Virus record (IMG/VR): IMGVR_UViG_3300009436_000023
Direction: 5' to 3' (one strand)
DNA: 64,000 nt
DNA from: an uncultured virus (IMG/VR IMGVR_UViG_3300009436_000023)
Taxonomy: Duplodnaviria > Heunggongvirae > Uroviricota > Caudoviricetes
Part shown: positions 1 to 10,078 of the stretch, piece by piece
How the letters are laid out: each line of letters begins with the position of its first letter
Position numbering within the stretch: position 1 is the first letter of the stretch
The notes under the pieces: generated by a model
Seen by the model: the letters and a program-made list of their open reading frames with translations, nothing else
The model's database searches: none
Told to the model about the DNA's origin: nothing
Made by a program: the position numbers and the translations under genes

Positions 1-122
1 AGTTCTTTGCGTGTGATGTTTTTTGTACCATCATCGCCCTGTATCAAGTTTACTACAACAAACAAATCTTCTGATCTGGTGTTAGCACCTGTTATCGGAC
101 CTAGTTCTGAAATCAACGACAT
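1..122 (-). CDS. 5' end of a probable virion structural protein, truncated by the window edge (MSLISELGPITGANTRSEDLFVVVNLIQGDDGTKNITRKE...)
   Basis: ATG at 122-120 with the frame open to the window edge; same strand as the tail module; not in the ORF track. Confidence 0.6.
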   Translation of the reverse strand, partial: MSLISELGPITGANTRSEDLFVVVNLIQGDDGTKNITRKE

Positions 123-185
123 TCTGCGATACCCTTATCTTTTTCTTATTTCTTTTATTTATAACAATAAGCTTTGAAGACTGCC

Positions 186-782
186 TTAATTTTGAGGTTT
201 AATCCCCATTATCAAGTAAGCTTGGTCTTTATTTTCTTTCCTTGAGAAAGTGTATCTGGCATTTATTGATTTTGCTAAATCTACAATTTCACTAGGACCA
301 TTCCAAAATTCTTGGTCAGTATTAAATACTTCTTTATTCTCATCTATGAGATTAAATTCTGTATCGTAATACTCTACTTCGAAACATTCCGCTTCGTGAT
401 TTCGCCAGTAGATTTTGGAACCAAGGACTTCGCCATTTTGTGGGTTTACATAGAACCCGCAAGCTTCGATTTCTTTGCTTCCAGTTGTATTTATATCATG
501 AACGTATATCCTACAAGATTTATCTTGTAATGCTGTCAAATCAACGCCGATGTGAGGAGTACGCCCATTCATAGTCTCATATATATCTTTTGATAACGAA
601 AATCCACAAAGTTTCTCGAACAATGCAATGTCGTCATCACTATTTACGTGTATAGCACATGTGACGTGCATCTTTTCGCCACGACGTGTAAAGAGAAATC
701 TCCAAGCCCTATCTTCTGGGACAATATCAATTGCTCTGTCTAGTTCTGGATAGAAACCTTTTAATTTTTGGTAAATGCTCAT
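186..782 (-). CDS. hypothetical protein
   Basis: 198-aa ORF co-oriented and tightly packed behind the tail fibre genes; no recognised motif. Confidence 0.7.
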   Translation of the reverse strand: MSIYQKLKGFYPELDRAIDIVPEDRAWRFLFTRRGEKMHVTCAIHVNSDDDIALFEKLCGFSLSKDIYETMNGRTPHIGVDLTALQDKSCRIYVHDINTTGSKEIEACGFYVNPQNGEVLGSKIYWRNHEAECFEVEYYDTEFNLIDENKEVFNTDQEFWNGPSEIVDLAKSINARYTFSRKENKDQAYLIMGIKPQN

Positions 783-794
783 ATTATCCCTAAC

Positions 795-1679
795 TTATAT
801 AAATATAGGAGCTAAAGGTGCGCCACTAGCGTTTAGTTTAAATGAATATGCTCTACGCATAGTATAATCAGCCGCATTGTTATTAACTCTTGAAGGTTCT
901 ATTACTTGCGTCCATGTATTACTGTTTCCATCTGTAGAAACTTTGTATCTTAGATATCCCGGAACACCACTAGCACCTAGATGGTTACCAAAACCAGATT
1001 GTCTTCCACCACCTGCACCAACCATAAGAACGTATTCAACGCCAGTATCTATTTCTATTGTTTGAAGGCTTGTTGCGCCTGCAGAACCACCAGCCCCAGC
1101 TTTACCTGCATTGTCTCCACCACCATACGAAATGATACCAAAGAAACTACCACCAGAAGAACCTACGTCACCGCCGCCACCACCGCCACCAGAACCAAAT
1201 TTTGAAAAATCTGCCGCTGGAGCCGCTGTGTTTAATGCACCACCTGAGTTGCCGCCTGATCCAAATGAACCAACTGCACCACTACCACCTGCTGTTGCAC
1301 CTAAAGAGCCATGCAAGCCTGCTGTGCCGCCTGATGCGCTCGTAATGAAATTAAAGTTGTTATTATCAAAATCAGATTTTAATAGAATGCCTGTTGCTTG
1401 ACCATCACCTGGTCTTGTATTTGGATCACCGCCATCTTCATAGCCGTTACCACCCGCTCCACCGCCACCAAACATTTCAAGTGTAAGATAGATAATCTTA
1501 CTCGCACCATAGAAATCTCCTACGGCAATTGCACCTGATGATGGTACATTGACATTTATGTTTGCGTTAGGGACACGATTTCCACCACGATAATATTCGT
1601 TTATGTTATGTGGAGTTGCTCCACCAAATTCATTAACGATGTCTTGCATCGAAATTGGACCTGATACTTTAATAGGCAT
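795..1679 (-). CDS. glycine-rich tail-fibre tip/adhesin-like protein
   Basis: N-terminal SGPISMQDIVNEFGG..INEYYRGG motif common in marine phage virion proteins; multiple GGGGAGG glycine-rich motifs; directly downstream of the tail fibre gene. Confidence 0.6.
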   Translation of the reverse strand: MPIKVSGPISMQDIVNEFGGATPHNINEYYRGGNRVPNANINVNVPSSGAIAVGDFYGASKIIYLTLEMFGGGGAGGNGYEDGGDPNTRPGDGQATGILLKSDFDNNNFNFITSASGGTAGLHGSLGATAGGSGAVGSFGSGGNSGGALNTAAPAADFSKFGSGGGGGGGDVGSSGGSFFGIISYGGGDNAGKAGAGGSAGATSLQTIEIDTGVEYVLMVGAGGGRQSGFGNHLGASGVPGYLRYKVSTDGNSNTWTQVIEPSRVNNNAADYTMRRAYSFKLNASGAPLAPIFI

Positions 1680-1682
1680 GAT

Positions 1683-2852
1683 TTATTCACCCACTTTTTC
1701 TTGCAATTCCTTAATGGCTTCGATAAGTAAACCAATCACGTTACCGTGACGAACAGCAAGTGTTTCTTCGCCTGTTTTAGGATCAGTTGTAGTGTAAACT
1801 GCACCAGGAAGAACTTCTTGCAACTCTTGAGCCATTACACCAGTCATAGGCGTATCGTCTCCGATGTAGTTAAAGTTGTATCCACCAAGCTGAGATACTT
1901 TATCCAAAGCATTCGTAATAGGTACGATGTTTTCTTTTTTGTTTCTGTCTGACACACTACCAAATGCCGTGATGTTACCTGTGGCAACGATAGCCCCATC
2001 AACATTAACACCAGCAAATGCTACAGTAGAAGAAGTTGCAACATTCTGTCCAATGGCAATAGCACCGTCAGTAATACTGATACCTGTACCAGGTGAGAAA
2101 GATTCTCTGGCTCTAGCGGTTGTGAAGTACAGTCTAGTACCTTCAGCCAAATTAGTTGTTTTGTGGTTTGTAAGAGAACTTACCGTACCATTTACGTTAC
2201 CTGTGAATGTTGCTGGAATTTCAGCGCCGTTGCCATTTTCAAATACTTTAGCAAGTCCACCTGGAGCGTATACGTCACCAATCAACTTACCGATAAAGGT
2301 GTCACTTGTTAATGTGTTTGAGGTAATGTTGTTTGCTGATAGATCACCAGTTATTGTGGTTGCAGTAATAGTGTTTGCTGTGATACTATCAGTTATGACC
2401 AAATCATATCCGTGCATTGTTCCAGCAGGGGTGACCTTAAATTTAGGCAATCCTGTTCCAGTGTCGATGATGAATGCGGCTTCGTCAGAATTGTTAAATC
2501 CAACATCCCATGAAACTGTACCATCAGTATATCTTGTCTGAGCGCCACCAGTAGTATAAGAGAAAGTAGCAACTTCTTGTGCAGTTGCGCCAGTGATTAT
2601 GATTGGTGAGTTGAAGTCAATATTTCCAGCATTTGTGAAAGAGGAAATAACATCTGCTCTAAATTCTGTATCCGCAAATAAATTATTAGCCGTAAAGTCG
2701 CCTTGGATGAAAGCGTCACCAGTAGTGACATCGCCAAGTGCTGTAGCAGTTACTGCTTGAGTACGAAAGAGATCAACCATTTCATTGGTTTTGTCAAACC
2801 AATTCTGAAAGGTCTGTGTCGTTGTAATGTTTTGTATGCTTGATTTTGCCAT
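1683..2852 (-). CDS. tail fibre protein with C-terminal peptidase S74 intramolecular chaperone
   Basis: C-terminal SDRNKKENI..ALDKVSQLGGY.F..GVMAQEL..VLP.AV..LLIEAIKEL S74 signature; NLAEGTRLYFTTARAR fibre motif. Confidence 0.85.
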   Translation of the reverse strand: MAKSSIQNITTTQTFQNWFDKTNEMVDLFRTQAVTATALGDVTTGDAFIQGDFTANNLFADTEFRADVISSFTNAGNIDFNSPIIITGATAQEVATFSYTTGGAQTRYTDGTVSWDVGFNNSDEAAFIIDTGTGLPKFKVTPAGTMHGYDLVITDSITANTITATTITGDLSANNITSNTLTSDTFIGKLIGDVYAPGGLAKVFENGNGAEIPATFTGNVNGTVSSLTNHKTTNLAEGTRLYFTTARARESFSPGTGISITDGAIAIGQNVATSSTVAFAGVNVDGAIVATGNITAFGSVSDRNKKENIVPITNALDKVSQLGGYNFNYIGDDTPMTGVMAQELQEVLPGAVYTTTDPKTGEETLAVRHGNVIGLLIEAIKELQEKVGE

Positions 2853-2853
2853 C

Positions 2854-3036
2854 TTACTTCTCTATCCGATCTAATCTATCACAAACTTGCACTAGAAGTT
2901 CTTTGATTGAATTTACTTCATTGCTTAACTTCGTCACCTTTGTGTGAAGCGCTCTTTCTTGTTTATATTTATTCAAAGCGGCAACATCAGTATTGAGTAC
3001 CGCTTTGGTTTGTTGATGTCTGATAAAAGAAGCCAT
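2854..3036 (-). CDS. small hypothetical coiled-coil protein
   Basis: 60-aa ORF abutting both neighbours. Confidence 0.7.
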   Translation of the reverse strand: MASFIRHQQTKAVLNTDVAALNKYKQERALHTKVTKLSNEVNSIKELLVQVCDRLDRIEK

Positions 3037-6000
3037 TATGTCAACGCCAACGCTCTATAATCACGTACAGTTGGAGCCTTACTGATATCCGATGTGAGCA
3101 TATCAATTCTTATCGCAAACTTTCTATAGCCTACAAATGTGCCAGAAGTGCTAGTATACTCTAATATACCAGCGCCATCTTTATTGGCTGTAGGTAGCGC
3201 ATATTTAAATTCACGGTAATCGTCTTTGTTTACATCTGAAGAGTACACATTAACGCCTTCTGTGACTTCAAGTTCAATCCAAGGGATTGTGTTGAAAGAA
3301 GCACTATCGTATATATTCTGTGGTCTGATATAAACTTTAATGTCTGATCCATTTGGACGATAGCCTGTCAACAACACTTCGATGTCTTCAGCATCTAAAT
3401 CTTCATTAAGTTCAATTGTTTTTGAAATATATTTAGAAGTAGTATCTGCATCGTTAGTTGCTTTATATTGATAAGCCATCAATGAAGCTGTTTCTAAATC
3501 AACAATCGGTGTAGATGTAGGATTAGCGGCATTGCCCATTGTTACCGTAATTTCAAAAGGTTTAGCATCTACAGTGTCATTTGATCTACTGAAGAGAACT
3601 ACACCCTTACGTCCGAATGCGTTGTTTGCACCAAATTTCATTGGCATGTTGTACGATGTCAGAGTATCTGCTGGGTCTGTGAACGTACCACTTAACTTCG
3701 TAGTAGTAATCGAGTCGTTCGCCTTCATGATTAGTGGCTGTACATAACTTAAGTTAATATTGTCAATAGTTCCAATTGTACCTGTTGTGCCGCTAGTAAA
3801 TCCTACAATAGTTCCACTTACTGTAAATTTCTTACTACCTGTTGCTGTAGAACCTGCAAGATACATCTGCGAACGTTCAAGTCTGTTGTAGTGTACGATT
3901 TTGCCAACAACAATAGATTTACATGTCCCTGTGCCAACCGTAAAGTCAACAGGACGTTCTGTAGTGATTTCAGTTGCGCTGTCAACACTTACAACTTCAA
4001 AGATTTCGCTTCTTGAGCCACCCACATTTGTTACCAAGATTTTATCACCAGCAGCAAAGCTGTCATTAAGTGATGTACCTGTAATAGTGGTTCCATTGAT
4101 AGGCATAGATATGTTAGCAGAAGTGGAGCCTGTCAAGGCTTTTTCTTCATAAACTTCTTCACCAGAAGTAAACCTACCATCCCAGTCGCTCAAAGTAAAG
4201 AACTCATGTTTGTCATTTGTCATTGTGACGGAGCCTGTGGATGCGTTGAAATCGTGGCGATAAAGATTGAATTTTAAGTCTTCGTCTTGGTATGATTTCC
4301 ACGCTCTGTTGTTTGTGGATGAGAATAGAACACCATCACCCCAGTCTTGAACAACTGCTTGTCCTTGGGTTGCACCTGGTGTCAAGTCTACGCCACCAAC
4401 TTTAGATGTAAAGACTAGGTAGTTTGGATCGTTAGCATCTGGCATGATTACCACTGCGTATTCTTTCTCAACATCCATTCTGATTGGCGCGTCGAAGTCA
4501 ACAGTAGTTGCTGTGGATGCATCATCAGTTGCAGTAATTTGGTTTGTTGTGAGGTGTATCTTAGAGAAAGGTAATACTTGTGATGCTGGGTAGCCGTTAA
4601 CAACTTCACGCAACATAACTGTAGCACCATTAATATTACTCTTACGCTTGAAGAACAGATCGATTTTAGAGATGAACACACTGTTCGAACCACGACCCAT
4701 ACCCTTTTTGATAAAGAATGTCTGAGCGAGAGGATCGATTGTTACTGTTCTTGCTGGAAGTGTTCTTGTAGTAATTTCAGTACCAACATCAGTATCTGGA
4801 ACTCTTGTAGATGCTGTCAATGCACTCTTTTCAACTGAGATGTTGTATGCATGATACTGCAAATCAATTATAGAAGTGGATGCTGATTCAATACTTGCAT
4901 ATTGATTAACGTCAACTACTGTTAGAACTCTATCACCGACAAAGAATGTTCCATCTGGCAATTCAAATACTGCACGAATTTTACCATTAGAATCTGTACT
5001 AACAGCCGCGCCTTTAATACCCGCACGTCTAACCGCCCTACTTGTGTTAGCCGTTGTGCCTGGACGTACAAATTCGTTTACATCCACACCATCAAAGAAG
5101 AAGTAGTGACGTGTGTTTGGACGAAGCCCTGCCGCAAACACTTTAATCTCACGACTACGCATGTAAGGTTGGAATTCAAAGTTAGAAACAAAGTCGCCAA
5201 CTGACTGATTAGAGTTTGCTTCATTAACACTTAATGCAGTTGTAGAAGTTGTAGTTGAGCCACCTATAGACCACTGCCTACCACCAAGATGTGTTCTTGT
5301 AGTAGTTGTGTTACTAAAGTTTTGTACTGTCATTGGAACGAATTGTTGTAGATTGTCAACAAAGTCGCGGAATGGTGTTACTAGGTCGATATCAAGAGTA
5401 ACTGGATTAGTTACTGTATCTTGAGCCATATCATGGCTTGGTGACAACGATCCAACACCGTCATACTTCCAGAAGTTAGACACACAGTTTCTAAAGTTGG
5501 TTGCGTATGGTTGACCCAACAGTTTTGTGTGTGCGTTTCTGCTTAGTGTTGCAATTTCCGCATCTTGTGTCGTAGGGAAGATAGTTGTACTTGATCCAGA
5601 TTTGTATATCAAGTCAAGTGGGAATGTATTAAGCGCTGGGCTAAGACTTTTCGTGTCTGAATGGACAGCCGCTTGATAATCTGGGTTAGATAGATCAGCA
5701 ATGCTCGTATCGTTGAAAGGATCAACTATAAAGCCGTTTTTAAATCTTGACAAACCGTTTTCGTCGAGAATGTTCAAGTTCTGTGTCGATTGCTCTAGTT
5801 GGTTCAAGCTGATGTAATATTCCATTGCATCAAGTTTTGTTTCCAACTTAGCGATATCGCGCATGGTGTAGTTCTTAACACCCCTTGCTTTAGTGCTAAC
5901 AGCGTAGTAATTCTTGTTTTGATCTGCACCTTCTTGTGCAGACAACATAGGATAGCCTGGAATAGTAATCTGAGAGATAACAAGCTGATCAGCACCAACT

Positions 6001-8378
6001 TTAGGTGGTACTGGTGACTCATCTTCTTCGCCCTTAATGATAGCAGTCTTACCATAAGAATCCATTGTAATGACATCAATTCTCGCCAAATAGTGTTCTA
6101 TATCAGATGTAACGTTTCCGTTCAACATAGGAAGAACATAGTCTGAACCTGCAAATGATGGTTGTACTGCACCAACAGCCGCTGTCACAACAGCCGCCGC
6201 GCCCTCTGTCAATGCTGTATAGCTTGCGCCTGCGCCCAAGTCAGCATATGGTCTAAAGTCAAGACACTCTCTCAAAGGAAAGATTGTACCACTTGTAGAG
6301 ATGTAAGATGGAACATCAGATGATCTAATCTTGCCATCTGGAAGGATAGCAGTAACATCATCGATAGGATAGCTATTTACTGCAAAGAAGTTAATTCCTG
6401 TTGCATTGTTTATTTTGTAAACTTTTAATTTAACTGTTAATGTGCCACTTGTAGGCTTGGTTCTTCCAGCAATAACTTCCATGTAAGAAATGTCATAGAA
6501 ATTGTCCTGTGCGTTCGTTACCAAACGGAAGGTGTCTGTGAAGTCATTACCTAAGCTATCTGTAACACTGTCGATTGCATAAACATCAGGGAAGCCCAAG
6601 CTGTATCTTGCTTGACCGTTGTTCCACACTACTTTAATGTATGGATTTACTGATAATTTGTTATATGGTTGAGTATTCAGAATTCTTTTATTGTAATAAA
6701 CGTCTGCTGCTGGGTCTGAACCTGGAGCTAAGTTAATAGTAAGAATTGAGTTATTCAAACTTGTGGTATAGCTCGTTACCGCAATCAGAGTGTTGGATGC
6801 ATCTACCACAACAATGTCACTGTTATCACAAGCAAAGTCATCGCCTGGCTGTGCGTTGATAGTGATTGTATTAGCCGCAACCGAAACACTACTTTGTGTA
6901 CGTACAGGAACGTTAATATCTGTAATTTCTTTTAAGCTTCTTGTGCCAGTGTTGAATACCATAGGGGCATTCTTAGTATCTTTAATCTTAGAGTTAGCCG
7001 CAATACTAACTGAACCACCAGTTGAGACAATACGTTCAACATCAGCGAAAGTTCTAGTCACATCTGTGATACTAGCACCAAACAAGAATAGTTTAGTTGG
7101 CGTGAAGTTCTTTACGAATGCACTACCGATTTGTGTGCCATTAGCAAGCTGTAGTTCAACTGCGCTGTAATCAGTAGCCATAGTACCATTTACTGAAGTA
7201 ATATCAACGTATCCACCGTAGTTAAGAGACGTAGCTTGGTTTTGTTGAATGTTTGTGGTTGCAATTGGATCGATAGTAATATCTACATCACCACGATTTT
7301 CTACTCTATAACCTTTAACATACGCCGAGCCTTTACCAACCAATGCCTTAAGGTCTACACCACGACGTTCTGTTGTTACTTTAAAGTTCTCGACAATATA
7401 GTCTCCACTTTCTTCGTAAGTACGCTTCGCCATTTCTTCTGCAATTGAGTTGAATTGAGAAACATCTCTAATCGTTACGGCAGAACCGTTTTGATAACGA
7501 ATTAGTGTAAAGAAGTTTGCATCTACATCAGCAACCGCTGTTGTCTTGGCAACCAACGTAGGAACCATTTTAAGTCGATCTGCACCTGGAGCATTTTCGT
7601 TTGTGCTTCCGTTAGCGTTGTCATAGAGGCTTTCATCTTGAAGCGAAGAGATCAGAGTTTCTGTTACTTCATAACCAACTGATATATCATCTGGTTGGTC
7701 GTCATACTTAGAAACAACAAGTGTTTGTTCGTCTGCGAATAGGAAGTGGCCTTTTTGGAAGACAACGCCAGCCCCTGCTTGAATACCAAAAGATTTGCCT
7801 GTTGGTGTTGGTAGCTGTGTTACGTTGATTGTTGCAACACTAAGAGTAGTCTCAATTAATGTTGATCCATCATATTTATAGCGGTTAACTGTAAGTTCTT
7901 CACCAGAAATGAATGTCTTATAGTTGCCAGATTCGTTTGAGTTCAAATAGTTGATATAGAAAGTGTTTAAGTTTGGTGGACGTGTTTCAAAACCTCTGTC
8001 TGTAGTAATGATAGAAGCTCTAAGACCAGTGATAGCGCCTTCAATTTCATACTTAGTATCGATAGATTTAGTTACACCAGCAACGATTTCATCCGCTGTA
8101 ACTGGCTTATAGAGTTCTGGATCAAAACCAGTCTTGTCGGTCAACTTAACAAACTGCAAACCATTTAGGTTTGTGAAGTTACAACCTTTGATAATACTAC
8201 CTTCTTGGTAGATATTGTCACCAAATTGCTCGACTTGGTTTTGCAGAATGGTCTGCAATTGTGTGAGTTCTCTTGCCTGTACAGCATATGCTGGCTTGAA
8301 TAGAATTTTGTAGAACTGCTTCTCCAACGCGAAGTCATCGAAGTATGGAGCAATATTTAAATTTGTATTAATTGGCAT
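3036..8378 (-). CDS. large virion structural protein, VrlC/DUF4815-like
   Basis: N-terminal TNLNIAPYFDDF..KQFYKILFKP..AVQARELTQLQTILQNQ, internal NENAPGADRLK and RTYEESGDY, and DPLAQTF motifs typical of this family in T4-like phages. Confidence 0.85.
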   Translation of the reverse strand: MPINTNLNIAPYFDDFALEKQFYKILFKPAYAVQARELTQLQTILQNQVEQFGDNIYQEGSIIKGCNFTNLNGLQFVKLTDKTGFDPELYKPVTADEIVAGVTKSIDTKYEIEGAITGLRASIITTDRGFETRPPNLNTFYINYLNSNESGNYKTFISGEELTVNRYKYDGSTLIETTLSVATINVTQLPTPTGKSFGIQAGAGVVFQKGHFLFADEQTLVVSKYDDQPDDISVGYEVTETLISSLQDESLYDNANGSTNENAPGADRLKMVPTLVAKTTAVADVDANFFTLIRYQNGSAVTIRDVSQFNSIAEEMAKRTYEESGDYIVENFKVTTERRGVDLKALVGKGSAYVKGYRVENRGDVDITIDPIATTNIQQNQATSLNYGGYVDITSVNGTMATDYSAVELQLANGTQIGSAFVKNFTPTKLFLFGASITDVTRTFADVERIVSTGGSVSIAANSKIKDTKNAPMVFNTGTRSLKEITDINVPVRTQSSVSVAANTITINAQPGDDFACDNSDIVVVDASNTLIAVTSYTTSLNNSILTINLAPGSDPAADVYYNKRILNTQPYNKLSVNPYIKVVWNNGQARYSLGFPDVYAIDSVTDSLGNDFTDTFRLVTNAQDNFYDISYMEVIAGRTKPTSGTLTVKLKVYKINNATGINFFAVNSYPIDDVTAILPDGKIRSSDVPSYISTSGTIFPLRECLDFRPYADLGAGASYTALTEGAAAVVTAAVGAVQPSFAGSDYVLPMLNGNVTSDIEHYLARIDVITMDSYGKTAIIKGEEDESPVPPKVGADQLVISQITIPGYPMLSAQEGADQNKNYYAVSTKARGVKNYTMRDIAKLETKLDAMEYYISLNQLEQSTQNLNILDENGLSRFKNGFIVDPFNDTSIADLSNPDYQAAVHSDTKSLSPALNTFPLDLIYKSGSSTTIFPTTQDAEIATLSRNAHTKLLGQPYATNFRNCVSNFWKYDGVGSLSPSHDMAQDTVTNPVTLDIDLVTPFRDFVDNLQQFVPMTVQNFSNTTTTRTHLGGRQWSIGGSTTTSTTALSVNEANSNQSVGDFVSNFEFQPYMRSREIKVFAAGLRPNTRHYFFFDGVDVNEFVRPGTTANTSRAVRRAGIKGAAVSTDSNGKIRAVFELPDGTFFVGDRVLTVVDVNQYASIESASTSIIDLQYHAYNISVEKSALTASTRVPDTDVGTEITTRTLPARTVTIDPLAQTFFIKKGMGRGSNSVFISKIDLFFKRKSNINGATVMLREVVNGYPASQVLPFSKIHLTTNQITATDDASTATTVDFDAPIRMDVEKEYAVVIMPDANDPNYLVFTSKVGGVDLTPGATQGQAVVQDWGDGVLFSSTNNRAWKSYQDEDLKFNLYRHDFNASTGSVTMTNDKHEFFTLSDWDGRFTSGEEVYEEKALTGSTSANISMPINGTTITGTSLNDSFAAGDKILVTNVGGSRSEIFEVVSVDSATEITTERPVDFTVGTGTCKSIVVGKIVHYNRLERSQMYLAGSTATGSKKFTVSGTIVGFTSGTTGTIGTIDNINLSYVQPLIMKANDSITTTKLSGTFTDPADTLTSYNMPMKFGANNAFGRKGVVLFSRSNDTVDAKPFEITVTMGNAANPTSTPIVDLETASLMAYQYKATNDADTTSKYISKTIELNEDLDAEDIEVLLTGYRPNGSDIKVYIRPQNIYDSASFNTIPWIELEVTEGVNVYSSDVNKDDYREFKYALPTANKDGAGILEYTSTSGTFVGYRKFAIRIDMLTSDISKAPTVRDYRALALT

Positions 8379-8390
8379 GTGTAAGGTTCC

Positions 8391-10034
8391 TTAAAATTCT
8401 AATACTAATTTGTATTCTTCTCTCGAAGTAGAAGTTCTTGCAAGAGGGACAAAATCTTCCATGAAATAAACTTCTCCGCTACGTTGGACGTAATCAGATT
8501 CGATTGTGTTGTTGGCTTGTGGACTATTTATGGTAATTCGTTGCCCCTGCGGATTTACCAATTTGACCGTGTAGTCAAGAGAAGTGTCATTATTTGCACC
8601 GTTCTGATATGGTCCCATATAACTAGATAGATATACAGTATTTGAAGTTTCGTCTACTTCATGTACTTTACCCGAAAATGTAATGTTGTTGTCAGAATCA
8701 ACTTGTGTCAACACAGCATTTACAGTTGCAAAGTTGAACTGGTTAGTAGTAACTGCAATTCTATTGTCGAAGACTGTAGGTGTATTCGCGCTGTTTGCTG
8801 ATGCACTTAAGAACTCTGGATTTTTAACAATGCCAAGATGCGAGTAAGTGTTTGTTGCGCCAATCCTATTGTTATTAGATTCTGTAATGTAACCATAAAG
8901 CAAGATGTGGCGACAATGCATCTCATCGATCATGTTCCAACCGTGTCCACCCTTTGGAGAAAGAACTGGTCTTAGATTAGCTCTCACATCAATCGAAATT
9001 GGGTCTTCTGGATCAAAGTCAAATATAGGATCAACAATAGTTGCCCTCACATTTGTATAACCAGAACCTGCATTTAGAATTAACAGGGAAGATATGTTGC
9101 CTTCAATAACATTTGGAAGCGCCTTAGCACCTGTTCCATCGCCTGTGATTACACATGATGGAACGATTGTAAATGTAGAACCGTTTAATACGCCATCTGC
9201 CAAAGGAGTTCCCGTTACTTTAATCTTGCCGTATTGAACGCCAACTTGGAAATCATAAGAAGCAATAACGTAAAGGTTTGACGGACCTCCATCTGGGTTG
9301 GTGATGTAAATTGACATCCCCACATAGAAGTTTTTAATTTGGTTTATGCCTGTAGCTCTTACTGTTAGAGTACCATCATTACCAGGAGCCGCCATAAGGA
9401 AACCACTGATAGATGGGTAGCCCGCGTTATCAACTGGATTGGACACGAAGATATCGCTTATTCCTGATCCGTAAACAACATTATTAGCATCGGCATTTGG
9501 GTCTGGGTTGATTATTACATCAGACGCTAGTGGAATGTAACCAATAGCATTGTAAGCCTCAAATTCTGCTGGGGTGATAGCATACATAAACTTCCAAACA
9601 TATTTGTCTGCTGTTCTATATATTTGACCTTCAGTGAATGGGTTCCAATTTGGTGGTGCTGTGGATGGAGCATCAGTGTTATTAAACAAACATTTAAATA
9701 CGCGATAGTCGCCAGTGTCATTATTCGTAGGTCCGACAACTGCGTAGAACTTCTTGTCAGTCATATCCTCTTGATCATCGTACTGAACATAAGTTTGATC
9801 TTTCTGCCAAGGATGATACTTAATCATAAACTTAGTGTCTGATCCAAGAACTTTCTTACCAAAGACAGTGTTTTCAAGGAATTGATTTTTACTACCCTGT
9901 GAGTTAGACGCAGAAACGCGATCCGTACCCTGTGTTACAGAAGATACGAAGACATAAAAGTCATTGTCCTGAATGTCTTGATAGAACATTCTGGTTGTAT
10001 CACTTTTTAATTTACTTGTCAATACTTCAGTCAT
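8391..10034 (-). CDS. gp8: baseplate wedge subunit gp8
   Basis: YRVFKCL.N..TADKYVWKFMY, LSPKGGHG and C-terminal SGEVYFMED..R...REEYKLVLEF motifs; position in the wedge cluster. Confidence 0.8.
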   Translation of the reverse strand: MTEVLTSKLKSDTTRMFYQDIQDNDFYVFVSSVTQGTDRVSASNSQGSKNQFLENTVFGKKVLGSDTKFMIKYHPWQKDQTYVQYDDQEDMTDKKFYAVVGPTNNDTGDYRVFKCLFNNTDAPSTAPPNWNPFTEGQIYRTADKYVWKFMYAITPAEFEAYNAIGYIPLASDVIINPDPNADANNVVYGSGISDIFVSNPVDNAGYPSISGFLMAAPGNDGTLTVRATGINQIKNFYVGMSIYITNPDGGPSNLYVIASYDFQVGVQYGKIKVTGTPLADGVLNGSTFTIVPSCVITGDGTGAKALPNVIEGNISSLLILNAGSGYTNVRATIVDPIFDFDPEDPISIDVRANLRPVLSPKGGHGWNMIDEMHCRHILLYGYITESNNNRIGATNTYSHLGIVKNPEFLSASANSANTPTVFDNRIAVTTNQFNFATVNAVLTQVDSDNNITFSGKVHEVDETSNTVYLSSYMGPYQNGANNDTSLDYTVKLVNPQGQRITINSPQANNTIESDYVQRSGEVYFMEDFVPLARTSTSREEYKLVLEF

Positions 10035-10060
10035 ATCACCCTACACCTGTTCTTTTCTAA

Positions 10061-10068
10061 TATTTATA
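10061..10068 (-). promoter_or_regulatory. T4-type late promoter TATAAATA upstream of gp8
   Basis: Exact TATAAATA on the minus strand, 27 nt upstream of the start; gp55 is present in the window. Confidence 0.75.
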
Positions 10069-10078
10069 AGCAATTGCC

